From: an uncultured Gallionella sp.
Lineage (GTDB): Bacteria; Pseudomonadota; Gammaproteobacteria; Burkholderiales; Gallionellaceae
Assembly (NCBI GenBank): GCA_964385275.1
Contig: CAYLOK010000009.1
Coordinates: 1,368 to 65,367 of the forward strand
Length of the DNA: 64,000 bases
Direction of reading: 5' to 3'
Part shown: piece by piece, positions 12,748 to 22,565 of the stretch
How the letters are laid out: the number at the start of each line of letters is the position of its first letter
Position numbering within the stretch: the first letter of the stretch is position 1
The notes under the pieces: model-generated
Seen by the model: the letters and a program-made list of their open reading frames with translations, nothing else
The model's database searches: none
Told to the model about the DNA's origin: nothing
Translations under genes and position numbers: made by a program

Positions 12748-14751
12748 ATGGCGTTCAAACTTAAATTACCGAATTTCACGGCTGGCGGCGCAGCAAACCT
12801 GACGGATAAACCCTTGCCGCTGATAGGCCATCTGCCTTTCGCCCAACAGTTGCGCTTATTGGGCGGCGGCGTGACGCTGTCCTTTCTGGTGGGGGTCATC
12901 GCGGTGGTGCTTGACAACCGCACCACCTCCAACGGCACTCACTATCTGGAGTTGTCGGGCGACCTGATCATGTTGACGCAACGTATCGCCAAGGACGCCG
13001 GTTCCGCGATGCAGGGTAAACAAACCGCGATCGAGGGTCTGCCGCAAGCGCGTGCCGATGCTGAACGTATTCTGACCGCACTGGATAAAGGCGATGACAT
13101 TGCACCGGCAACCCGTGGTGTGGCGCGAACCGAACTGGACAAATTATTGCCGGTCGCCCTGCAATCCCTGCAATACATCAAGGATATTGAGGAGGGCCGC
13201 CCCGCCCTTTTGACGGTATCGCACGCGGTAGCTGCGGTGGAAGAAGTTGGCCCGTCGATGCGCGAGGCAATTTCGCAACTGCCGGGCGGAGAACGTGCGA
13301 CCCGCTTCGCCCTGCTGGTCGAGCGTATCGGTAAAGACGCCAACGCCATGCTGGGTGGGGCGGTGACAGATAAAATGGTCGGCGCTTTGGGTTCGGATAC
13401 GCAAGAGGCGGAAGAGCTGTTGGCAGGGTTCGATCAGTCCGATCCGGCGGTTGCCAAAGCGGCTGATTTGTTTGAAGGTTATCGTAACTCGGTATATGCG
13501 GTGATCAGCCAGGCGCAGGGCTTGTTCGGCGCGAAACGCGGCGTCAGTAGTTATTTCGACAGCGTGAGTGTTACTAAAAAGGGCCCGTTTATTACCGGGT
13601 CGCAAGCCCTGGCAGACGCGTATCAAACTTCGCTGACAGGCCGCTGGACGACTTATGTGATGGCGCTGTCTGCGGCGTTGTTGCTGATCCTTTCAGGATT
13701 TTTATCCCGGGCGTATCTGGCTGAAGCGCGGCATCGCGCCGCGTTGGCCGAGGCCAGCAACAAGCAAAATCAAAGAGCGATTTTGCGCCTGATGAATGAA
13801 TTGAGTGATCTGGCGGAAGGTGATCTGACGGTGCGTGCGACGGTAACGGAAGACATTACCGGCGCAGTTGCCGATTCGGTGAACTACACCGCTGAAGAAT
13901 TGCATAAGCTGGTTACCCGGATTACCGAAGCGGCGGAACAAATGGGTCTGGCGACCCGTGATTCGGAAGGGATGACGCAACGCCTGGTAATTTCCACGCA
14001 GCGGCAGGTGCAGGAAATCAAGGACGCCGAGGAGTCTGTACAACTGATTACCCGATCAATCAGTGAAGTTGACGCGGCGGCGGTCAAAGCGGCCGAAGTG
14101 GGTCGGCATACCCTGCTGGTAACCAATCAGGGCGCACTGGCCGTGCGCAACACGATTGCCGGTATGGATGGTATTCGCGAACACATTCAGGAAACCTCCA
14201 AACGTATCAAACGGCTCGGCGAGAGCTCGCAGGAAATTGGCGAAATCGTGGATTTGATTTCCGACATTACCGAACAGACCAACGTGCTGGCGTTGAATGC
14301 GGCAATTCAGGCAGCCTCAGCGGGCGAAGCCGGACGAGGCTTCTCGGTGGTTGCGGAAGAAGTGCAGCGCCTGGCGGAACGCTCCGGCGAGGCAACCAAG
14401 CAGATTGGCGCGCTGGTTAAAACGATTCAGAGCGACACTCAGGATGCGGTGGCGGCCATGGAAAAGAGTACCTTGGGTGTGGTGGAAGGTGCAAAGCTGT
14501 CAGAAGTTGCGGGCCAATCGCTGAAGGAAATTGAGCAGGTGTCGAACGAACTGGCGGCGCTGATTAACAGTATTTCCGTATCCACTCAGGTGCAAACCGA
14601 GATGGCCGGTGAAGTGGCTGTCGTGATGCAGGACATTATGAGCATTTCTGAACAGACGACGGAAGGTACACGCCTAACCTCTGATTCTGCCGCCAGGTTG
14701 AGCAGTTTGGCGGCAGGCCTGAAGGGTTCGGTAGCCGGCTTCAAACTCTGA
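12748..14751 (+). CDS. pilJ: Methyl-accepting chemotaxis protein PilJ
   Basis: Two transmembrane segments, [21 protein letters not shown] and [15 protein letters not shown]...[23 protein letters not shown]. Confidence 0.92.
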   Translation: MAFKLKLPNFTAGGAANLTDKPLPLIGHLPFAQQLRLLGGGVTLSFLVGVIAVVLDNRTTSNGTHYLELSGDLIMLTQRIAKDAGSAMQGKQTAIEGLPQARADAERILTALDKGDDIAPATRGVARTELDKLLPVALQSLQYIKDIEEGRPALLTVSHAVAAVEEVGPSMREAISQLPGGERATRFALLVERIGKDANAMLGGAVTDKMVGALGSDTQEAEELLAGFDQSDPAVAKAADLFEGYRNSVYAVISQAQGLFGAKRGVSSYFDSVSVTKKGPFITGSQALADAYQTSLTGRWTTYVMALSAALLLILSGFLSRAYLAEARHRAALAEASNKQNQRAILRLMNELSDLAEGDLTVRATVTEDITGAVADSVNYTAEELHKLVTRITEAAEQMGLATRDSEGMTQRLVISTQRQVQEIKDAEESVQLITRSISEVDAAAVKAAEVGRHTLLVTNQGALAVRNTIAGMDGIREHIQETSKRIKRLGESSQEIGEIVDLISDITEQTNVLALNAAIQAASAGEAGRGFSVVAEEVQRLAERSGEATKQIGALVKTIQSDTQDAVAAMEKSTLGVVEGAKLSEVAGQSLKEIEQVSNELAALINSISVSTQVQTEMAGEVAVVMQDIMSISEQTTEGTRLTSDSAARLSSLAAGLKGSVAGFKL

Positions 14752-14774
14752 TAACGGCAAGCACGAACGCTAAC

Positions 14775-17700
14775 ATGCCTAACCAAACACAATTCGACCT
14801 TGCATCACTTTCCGTTGTAAAGCCCGGCATTGATGAGGCGCTGGGTGTGGCAAGTGCGCGTCTGGTCCAGTATCTGGATGCGCCTGCGCTCAACGCACCC
14901 GCGTTGGAAGAGGCGCGTGCAGAGTTGCACCGTATCCGTGGCGCGCTGCAAATGATCCATTTGGACGGTGTCGCAGTCTATTGCGCGGAAATCGAACAGG
15001 TGCTGGCCGAGTTGATGGTTAATTCCAGCCTGGCCTCACCGCTTTACCGTACCGTGTTGCAACGCGCCTTGATGGGATTGACTCATTTTCTGGACGCGCT
15101 GATGCAAGGGGCGGATAACGCCACCTTGCGTTTGTTCGCAAAATACGAAGCCATGCAGCATCTGCGCGGCATGGAAATGTCCTTCGAGCAGGATCTGTTT
15201 TTCCCCAATCTGGCCGTGCGCCTGCCCGACAGTGTGTTAAACATCGTCAGGCCTGGTAATGTAACCGCGCAAATCAAGGCCGCACACAGTCAGTATCAGC
15301 GGGGGTTGATGCTCTGGTGGCGCAACGATGATGTAGCCGCCGCATTGCAGATCATGCAACCGGCTCTCGATACGGTATTGAGTTGCGTTTCGCGGGATGG
15401 CAGTCGTGCGTTCTGGTGGGTCGCCAACGGCTTGCTCGATTGCGTGAAACTGGACGGATTGCCGGCGGATATGAATGTGCGCAAATTGCTGGCGCAGATA
15501 GACCGGCAGTTGCGCGCGGTCATCAAAAACAATCCCGGCGAAGTGCTGTCGGCCATGAATGAGATGCTCTATCTGATCGGGTGCAGCCAGGCCAGCAGCG
15601 ACCGTGCCGAACAGATCAAACAGCAATATGCTCTGACGAGGTACTTCCCGAACCTTTCCGCGCAGATGACAGCCGATGAAAAGAAGTCGCTGGAAGAATT
15701 GCGCGACCAGATGCAGGAAGTTGAAGACTGCTGGGAACAATGCGTGGCGGGCGACAAGGAGTCATGCAACCAGTTTGTCGAGCACATGGAAAAGATCGCC
15801 CGAAAAAGCGACAAGCTGGAGCGCAACACCCCCCATTACCTGACCAGGAAGATTGAAACTTTGTCAGAGCGCCTGCGCGATCCTGAATATGCGCGCCTGA
15901 TCGGTGACGATGTGGCGATGGCATTGATGCTCTGGCGCAGCGGCATGTCGCACTACGAAACCCTGGACACACGTTTTCAGGAGCAGGCGCGTATCCTGTC
16001 CGAGCAGATTGACACGGCGATCAATCAGCAACCGGGCGACGAGCAACGCATCGCAGAGTTGATCAGTCTTTATAACCAGACCGAACAAGGGACGATCACG
16101 TCGTCGCTGGCCAATGAAATGCTGACGAATCTGCAACTTGTCGAGCAGGGGCTGAACGCCTTCTTTGGCGATGTAGAAAAACGTAATGAACTGGCCGCCT
16201 TGCAACGTTTGCTGGTGCAAATACATGGCGGGCTGCGTATCTTGTCTCTGGAGCAGGCCGAACAATTGCTGCTTGAAATTCAGGCGAGCGTGAGTTCTTT
16301 CGCGGAAGGCGGGGGAGCGCCCAAACCGACGGAAAGTCAGGCTCTGGCGGGAGCGGTCAGCGCGCTGCACGATTATCTGCAACGCCTGATGCACGGGCAC
16401 AAGGAACACACGACAGCCTTGCGTGCCGCCCTGGCCGAGCTATGCGGGCTGCGTCAGATCCCTGTGCCGTCGCAAAATATCCCCGTTGCACCCAGCCAGG
16501 CTCCGGTGGAAACGGTGCGTCCTGCGGCAGAAATTCAGCGCCCGCTGGGCGAAGACATGGAGCTGCTCGAAATATTTCTGGAAGAGGCTAAAGAGGTGTT
16601 GGGCATCATGCGCGACAACGTCGAGATCAGCCAATTGCATCCCGATAATCTTGAGCCCCTGATAACGATACGTCGCGGCTTCCATACCTTGAAGGGCAGT
16701 GGCCGCATGGTTGGCCTGACCGATCTGGGGGAAGTAGCCTGGGCGGCTGAACGTGCGATGAATAAATGGGTGCAGGACAGGAAAGCAGCCAGCCCTGATT
16801 TACTGCGCTTCATTGAAGTGACGGTGCAAGCCTTTGCCGGCTGGATCACAGAACTCGAAAGCCAGGGATGCATCAGCATTGAGGCGGCTGAGCTGGTTGC
16901 ACTGGCGCAGCGAATTGAAAAGGGCCTTGATAAGGCGGCGATACCTGTTCAGGCGCCGCTTAAAACGGCAGTTGCGCCTCATAAGATGGCCGAACCGGAA
17001 AGTATCCCGGCGTTCCGGGAAATCACGGAACCGGAAAAACTTGCAGAGGTGCAGGAAGCCAAAGCGCAGGAAATCGCAGCGGAGCAGCATGACTTCGCAG
17101 AGCCGGATTCGGTAATGATCGGCGCAATAGCGCTCTCACCGACACTGTTCAGGATTGCCAGCGAAGAAGCCAGCCAGAATGTGGCCGCGTTGCACAAACA
17201 GTTTAATGAGATGAGCGCGGACCACCCGCCGCTTGTGCAATACGACTTTATGCGTGCCGCTCATACGCTGGCAGGGATTTGCCGTAGTTTGGGATTCATG
17301 CCGGTGGTCGAATTGGCTGCCGCCCTTGAAGGCTGGCTGTATGATCATCTTGACCGCCAGGCCAGTCCAAACGCCGAACAATTGCAGATGCTTGACCAGG
17401 TTGTCGCGGCGCTGGATGAAATGGTGCAAAGCATTTGCGCCAGGCAAATGCCGCAACAACGCAACGATCTGACCCAACAAGTGCTTCGTGACAAGGACAG
17501 GGTAGTTCGTGAGGCCGAGCAAGCCGCGCTGCCTGTCACCGCACTGTCTGATGAGCGTGTCGAAGTCCTTGCCGTGACCCTCCCGCCGGCTCAGCCGGTT
17601 GCGCAGATAGAAATCAAGTCGGCGGTGGCGCAAGCCAGGGAACGCAAAGCGCTTTTGCGCGATGACGTGGACGCGCAATTGCTGCCGGTGTTCATGGAAG

Positions 17701-19889
17701 AGGCGGATGAACTGTGTCCCAAGATAGGCGGTTGCCTGCGCGCTTTGCGCGGGTCGCCGGAAGATGAGCCGCAACTGCAATTGTTAAACCGTCTGCTGCA
17801 CACCCTCAAAGGTAGCGCGCGTATGACGGGCGCCATGCGCATAGGTGATATTGCCCACACCATGGAAGACCGTTTGCTCACGGACGGTACGATGAGTGAA
17901 GCGGTGCTCTGGGATGCTCTGGAGGGTGACTTTGACCAGATCAACGCCTTGCTGGAGGAATTGCGCACCGGCAAAATCAGGCAGGAAGCGCCCTCCGCAA
18001 CCAGTCTTCGCGACGCGGAAGAAGCCGCTGAGTCTGACCGTAGGAGAGGCGCTCGTGCGCCGCATGCCGGCACGGAACGTGTGCTGCCCAGCAGTATGCT
18101 GCGTGTGCGTTCGGATGTGATTGACCGTCTGGTCAACCAGGCGGGTGAAATCAGCGTGGCGCGTTCGCGTATGGAAACCGAATTGCGCGCCTTCAAGGAA
18201 GGCTTGCTGGAATTAACGGGTAGCGTGACGCGCTTGCGCAAACAACTGCGCGAGGTGGAAATTCAGGCGGAAAGCCAGATACAGGCGCGCGTTTCATTGT
18301 CCAGTGAAAGTAACGAACAATTCGATCCGCTGGAATTCGACCGCTTTACCCGTTTGCAGGAATTGACGCGCTTCATGAACGAGAGCGTACATGACGTGCA
18401 AACGGTACAGCAATCGCTGCTGAAGAATATTGATGAGACTTCATCGGCGATTTTTGCGCAGGGACGACTGAACCGCGAGCTGCAACAAAATCTGATGAAC
18501 GTGCGTATGGTTCCGTTCGGCAGCATGAGCGAACGGCTGTATCGCATCGTGCGGCAAACCGCCAAGGAGTTAAACAGGCGCGCCAACCTTGAGTTGACGG
18601 GCACCGGCGTGGAGCTGGATCGCAGCGTGCTGGAAAAAATGACCGCTCCGTTCGAGCACCTGTTGCGCAATGCCATTGCACATGGCCTGGAAGACGAGCA
18701 AGTGCGTATCAACAGCGGCAAGGATGCCATCGGCGAGGTACGCCTGAGCTTGCGCCAGGAAAGCAATGAAGTGGTCTTTGAGTTCAGCGATGACGGCATG
18801 GGCCTGAATTTTGCCGCCTTGCGCGCGCAGGCGATCAACAAGGGCTTGCTGGACGAGGCAGACGCTTCCGTCAGCGACGACCAATTGGCGCAGCTGATTT
18901 TCACCTCGGGTATTTCAACCGCGAGTGAAGTGACGGAAGTGGCGGGTCGCGGCATCGGTATGGATGTGGTACGCAGTGAAATCACGGCACTGGGCGGGCG
19001 GATTGATGTCAATTCCAAGTCCGGGCAGGGCACGCAGTTCACCATACACCTGCCGCTTACGCTGGCCGTCACGCAAGTGTTGATGGTGCGTGCCGGTGAC
19101 ACGACCTATGCCGTCCCTTCGACCATGGTGGAACAAGTGCGCCAGGTGAAACCGGCAGAGATGAACGCCTTGTATGATGAGCGCAAGGTGGAGTGGCAGG
19201 GCGTCATTTATCCCTTCCACTATTTGCCGACGCTGCTGGGAGACGAAGAGCGCGTACCGGAAAGCCGTTCACACAATCCACTGTTGTTGTTGCGCGCAGG
19301 CAACCAGCGCATCGCCCTGCATGTGGATGAGCTGCTGGGCAATCGGGAAGCGGTAGTCAAAAATATCGGCCCGCAATTGGCGCGGCTGCCGGGTATTGCC
19401 GGTGCGACTGTCCTGGGTAACGGCACCGTGGTGCTGATTCTAAATCCGGTGCAAATGACTCAGCGCATAGCGGCCGTGACGCGCAAATCCGCCAGGGCCG
19501 AACCGGTCGTGCTGCGCACTCAGCCACTGATCATGGTGGTGGACGACTCGCTGACCGTGCGCAAGATCACCACACGTTTACTGACACGCGCCGGATACCA
19601 GGTAGTCACAGCCAAGGATGGTGTGGACGCCCTGGAACAGCTGACTGAAATCACCCCGTCGGTGATGCTGCTCGACGTTGAAATGCCGCGCATGGATGGC
19701 TTCGAATTAACCAAACTGCTGCGTCGCGATGCAAAGACGAAAAATCTGCCCATCATCATGATTACCTCGCGGACGGCGGACAAACACCGCGACTTCGCGA
19801 TGCAACTCGGCGTGAATGCCTACCTTGGCAAGCCCTTCCAGGAAGAAGAGCTGCTGCTGAACATCGCGGGCTTTGCCGCCCCGTCCTGA
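14775..19889 (+). CDS. chpA: ChpA/PilL multi-Hpt CheA-like hybrid histidine kinase
   Basis: Several Hpt motifs (FHTLKGSG, HTLAG, HTLKGSA), HATPase (HLLRNAIAHG, GRGIGMDVV), CheW and a C-terminal receiver domain. Confidence 0.92.
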   Translation: MPNQTQFDLASLSVVKPGIDEALGVASARLVQYLDAPALNAPALEEARAELHRIRGALQMIHLDGVAVYCAEIEQVLAELMVNSSLASPLYRTVLQRALMGLTHFLDALMQGADNATLRLFAKYEAMQHLRGMEMSFEQDLFFPNLAVRLPDSVLNIVRPGNVTAQIKAAHSQYQRGLMLWWRNDDVAAALQIMQPALDTVLSCVSRDGSRAFWWVANGLLDCVKLDGLPADMNVRKLLAQIDRQLRAVIKNNPGEVLSAMNEMLYLIGCSQASSDRAEQIKQQYALTRYFPNLSAQMTADEKKSLEELRDQMQEVEDCWEQCVAGDKESCNQFVEHMEKIARKSDKLERNTPHYLTRKIETLSERLRDPEYARLIGDDVAMALMLWRSGMSHYETLDTRFQEQARILSEQIDTAINQQPGDEQRIAELISLYNQTEQGTITSSLANEMLTNLQLVEQGLNAFFGDVEKRNELAALQRLLVQIHGGLRILSLEQAEQLLLEIQASVSSFAEGGGAPKPTESQALAGAVSALHDYLQRLMHGHKEHTTALRAALAELCGLRQIPVPSQNIPVAPSQAPVETVRPAAEIQRPLGEDMELLEIFLEEAKEVLGIMRDNVEISQLHPDNLEPLITIRRGFHTLKGSGRMVGLTDLGEVAWAAERAMNKWVQDRKAASPDLLRFIEVTVQAFAGWITELESQGCISIEAAELVALAQRIEKGLDKAAIPVQAPLKTAVAPHKMAEPESIPAFREITEPEKLAEVQEAKAQEIAAEQHDFAEPDSVMIGAIALSPTLFRIASEEASQNVAALHKQFNEMSADHPPLVQYDFMRAAHTLAGICRSLGFMPVVELAAALEGWLYDHLDRQASPNAEQLQMLDQVVAALDEMVQSICARQMPQQRNDLTQQVLRDKDRVVREAEQAALPVTALSDERVEVLAVTLPPAQPVAQIEIKSAVAQARERKALLRDDVDAQLLPVFMEEADELCPKIGGCLRALRGSPEDEPQLQLLNRLLHTLKGSARMTGAMRIGDIAHTMEDRLLTDGTMSEAVLWDALEGDFDQINALLEELRTGKIRQEAPSATSLRDAEEAAESDRRRGARAPHAGTERVLPSSMLRVRSDVIDRLVNQAGEISVARSRMETELRAFKEGLLELTGSVTRLRKQLREVEIQAESQIQARVSLSSESNEQFDPLEFDRFTRLQELTRFMNESVHDVQTVQQSLLKNIDETSSAIFAQGRLNRELQQNLMNVRMVPFGSMSERLYRIVRQTAKELNRRANLELTGTGVELDRSVLEKMTAPFEHLLRNAIAHGLEDEQVRINSGKDAIGEVRLSLRQESNEVVFEFSDDGMGLNFAALRAQAINKGLLDEADASVSDDQLAQLIFTSGISTASEVTEVAGRGIGMDVVRSEITALGGRIDVNSKSGQGTQFTIHLPLTLAVTQVLMVRAGDTTYAVPSTMVEQVRQVKPAEMNALYDERKVEWQGVIYPFHYLPTLLGDEERVPESRSHNPLLLLRAGNQRIALHVDELLGNREAVVKNIGPQLARLPGIAGATVLGNGTVVLILNPVQMTQRIAAVTRKSARAEPVVLRTQPLIMVVDDSLTVRKITTRLLTRAGYQVVTAKDGVDALEQLTEITPSVMLLDVEMPRMDGFELTKLLRRDAKTKNLPIIMITSRTADKHRDFAMQLGVNAYLGKPFQEEELLLNIAGFAAPS

Positions 19890-19941
19890 AAAAATGAATC
19901 GGTTTTTGAGCGTCATAACCAACCTTCCGAGGGGATACTAA

Positions 19942-20415
19942 ATGGGACTATTTGACTGGTTTACCGCGATGTCCAAAGCGGATGAAAAAACGCCCCCGAT
20001 CGCGGCTTTGCCAACTCAAGCGGGCGCCATCAAGGAAGAGGCAGTGGTAAAAGGACTGGACTTCGTCGCTGCAATCGAAGCTCATCGCAAATGGAAAGAT
20101 CGCCTGACGGACTATGTGAACGGCACCTCGACAGAAAAGCTCGATCACAGTGCCATTTGCCGCGACGACCAATGCGCCCTGGGCAAATGGATTTACAGCA
20201 GCGGCGTTTCCCTGACCGGCCACCTGCCCTTGTTCCACCAGCTCAAGGCCAAACATGCACAATTTCACGTCAGTGCCGCTCAGGTTGTAGAACAGGTGCA
20301 GATGGGCAAAAAAGAAAATGCGCTAAAAATCCTGCAAGAAGGGGACTTCCCCAAAAACTCCCGCGAGGTACAAGCGCTGCTGTCCAAGTTGTATATCGAA
20401 ATGAACGCACCCTAG
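19942..20415 (+). CDS. Stand-alone CZB (chemoreceptor zinc-binding) domain protein
   Basis: AIEAHRKWK, CALGKWIY and HAQFH give the H/C/H/H zinc ligand pattern. Confidence 0.85.
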   Translation: MGLFDWFTAMSKADEKTPPIAALPTQAGAIKEEAVVKGLDFVAAIEAHRKWKDRLTDYVNGTSTEKLDHSAICRDDQCALGKWIYSSGVSLTGHLPLFHQLKAKHAQFHVSAAQVVEQVQMGKKENALKILQEGDFPKNSREVQALLSKLYIEMNAP

Positions 20416-20543
20416 CCCTCTCGTCCACTGGCCCGCCATACCCCCCACAGGCGGGAAAGGCACACGGTTATGAGCGTGTCCGCCCACCGGCGAATGTCAA
20501 CCGGCGAATTGTGGAGTATGACGCAGCCGGATACAATGCCGCC

Positions 20544-21104
20544 ATGTCTAAATTCGATCTTACCCACCACTTCCTGATTGCCATGCCTGCCATGCAAGAG
20601 GGTTTCTTTGCCGGCACGCTGACTTACATTTGCGAACATGACGAAAACGGTGCGTTAGGACTGGTGGTGAATCGCCCGATCAGCCTGACGCTCTCTGAAA
20701 TGTTCAATCAAATCAATGTTCCGCTGCATCAGCCCAGACTGGAGAAAATGCCGGTACATCTGGGCGGCCCCGTGCAAGTCGAGCGCGGTTTTGTATTGCA
20801 CGACACAAAACAGGATTGGCAGTCCACGCTACGCATCAACGACGGACTGGCGCTGACCACATCCAGGGACATACTCGAAGCGCTGGGCGAAGGAAAAGGG
20901 CCGGACAATTTGCTGGTCACGCTGGGCTATTCGGGCTGGGATCAAGGCCAGTTGGAGCATGAAATCAACGAAAACACCTGGCTTACCGTCCCCGCCAATG
21001 CGCACATTCTGTTTGGACTGCCCGCCGAGGAGAGGCTGGCTGCGGCGATGGCGTTGCTGGGAGTCAACTACTCCATGCTGGTAGAAGATGCCGGACATGC
21101 CTGA
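20544..21104 (+). CDS. yqgE: YqgE/AlgH family protein
   Basis: HFLIAMPAM, YICEHDENGALGLVVNRP, GGPVQVERGFVLH and LGYSGW. ATG at 20544. Confidence 0.92.
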   Translation: MSKFDLTHHFLIAMPAMQEGFFAGTLTYICEHDENGALGLVVNRPISLTLSEMFNQINVPLHQPRLEKMPVHLGGPVQVERGFVLHDTKQDWQSTLRINDGLALTTSRDILEALGEGKGPDNLLVTLGYSGWDQGQLEHEINENTWLTVPANAHILFGLPAEERLAAAMALLGVNYSMLVEDAGHA

Positions 21105-21591
21105 TAAAGCAGGATGCAGGATTGAAGGCACGCTGCTGGCATTCGATTTCGGTACGCAACGCATCGGTGTCGCGGTCGGCAACACCTACGCCGCCAGTTC
21201 GCAGCCGCTGACCACCATTGCTGAAGAAAAGAATGAAATCCGTTTCGCGGCCATTGCGGCGCTGGTCAAAGAATGGCAGCCGTGCGCGCTGCTGGTGGGA
21301 TTGCCCTGCAACGATGATGGCACTCCGCACGAATTGACTGCACTGTGCCGTCGTTTTGCCAATCGCCTGCACGGGCGGTTTGGCCTGACCACGATACTGG
21401 TCGATGAGCGCTATACTTCGGCAGCTGCAAGCGAACAGTTGAACAAAATGGGCATACGCGGCAGGGGACAGAAAAATCTGATCGACCAATATGCCGCGCA
21501 ACAAATTTTGCAGGCCTACCTTGATGAACCCGCCGCCTGCGTCATCGTCAATGCCGATAGAGGTAAAAATGAACAATCCCCAGTTAAATAA
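21088..21591 (+). CDS. yqgF: YqgF/RuvX nuclease (pre-16S rRNA processing)
   Basis: [26 protein letters not shown] and [10 protein letters not shown]. Confidence 0.93.
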   Translation: MPDMPDKAGCRIEGTLLAFDFGTQRIGVAVGNTYAASSQPLTTIAEEKNEIRFAAIAALVKEWQPCALLVGLPCNDDGTPHELTALCRRFANRLHGRFGLTTILVDERYTSAAASEQLNKMGIRGRGQKNLIDQYAAQQILQAYLDEPAACVIVNADRGKNEQSPVK

Positions 21592-22525
21592 GCACGGCGA
21601 ACTCCAGCATTTGCTGAGTACGGAAGGCCTGCCAGTGCGCATCATGCGCGACATTCTCGACCGCGCTGCGACCTTTCTGGATGAGGCGGACGGACACGAG
21701 TTCAGGAAAGTGCCGCTGCTGCACGGCAAATCGGTGTTCAACGTGTTCTTCGAGAACAGCACCCGCACCCGCACCACCTTTGAAATCGCCGCCAAGAAGC
21801 TGTCCGCCGACGTGGTCAATCTGAATATTGGCCAGTCTTCCACCAGCAAGGGTGAGACGCTGCTGGATACCGTGGACAACCTGTGCGCGATGCATGCCGA
21901 TATGTTTGTGGTGCGCCACTCGTCCAGCGGTGCGGCGCATCTGATCGCGCGCCATGTCGCACCGGATATTCACGTCATCAATGCCGGCGACGGACGCCAT
22001 GCGCATCCCACGCAGGCGCTGCTGGACATGTACACCATCCGTCATTACAAAAAAGAATTCCACAACCTGCGCGTCGCGATTATCGGCGACATCCTGCATT
22101 CGCGCGTGGCGCGTTCACAGATCCATGCGCTGACCACGCTGGGCGTGCCGGAAGTGCGCGTCATCGCGCCCAAGACGCTGTTGCCCAGCCACGTCGAAAA
22201 GCTTGGCGTACAGGTTTATAACGACATGGCGCAAGGCTTGAAGGACGTGGATGTGGTGATGACCCTGCGTTTGCAGAACGAGCGCATGCAAGGCGCGCTG
22301 CTGCCGTCCGCACAGGAGTTTTTCAAATACTACGGACTGACGCAGGAGCGGCTGGCGCTGGCCAAACCGGACGCCATCGTGATGCACCCCGGCCCGATGA
22401 ATCGCGGCGTGGAGATAGATTCTTCCGTGGCCGACGGCCCGCAATCAGTCATCCTGCCGCAAGTCACCTTCGGTATCGCGGTGCGCATGGCGGTGATGAG
22501 CACGCTAGCGGGGCGGTCAAGCTAA
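21569..22525 (+). CDS. pyrB: Aspartate carbamoyltransferase catalytic subunit
   Basis: [29 protein letters not shown] and [15 protein letters not shown] at 21569. Confidence 0.97.
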   Translation: MNNPQLNKHGELQHLLSTEGLPVRIMRDILDRAATFLDEADGHEFRKVPLLHGKSVFNVFFENSTRTRTTFEIAAKKLSADVVNLNIGQSSTSKGETLLDTVDNLCAMHADMFVVRHSSSGAAHLIARHVAPDIHVINAGDGRHAHPTQALLDMYTIRHYKKEFHNLRVAIIGDILHSRVARSQIHALTTLGVPEVRVIAPKTLLPSHVEKLGVQVYNDMAQGLKDVDVVMTLRLQNERMQGALLPSAQEFFKYYGLTQERLALAKPDAIVMHPGPMNRGVEIDSSVADGPQSVILPQVTFGIAVRMAVMSTLAGRSS

Positions 22526-22565
22526 TGCGGCAACAGACAACGCTTGATGCAAGTTGGAAGCAGAC

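Noticed and set aside
20485-20510. Direct repeat ACCGGCGAAT x2 upstream of yqgE
   Set aside because: A 10-bp pair in GC-rich DNA is too short to support a regulatory call.
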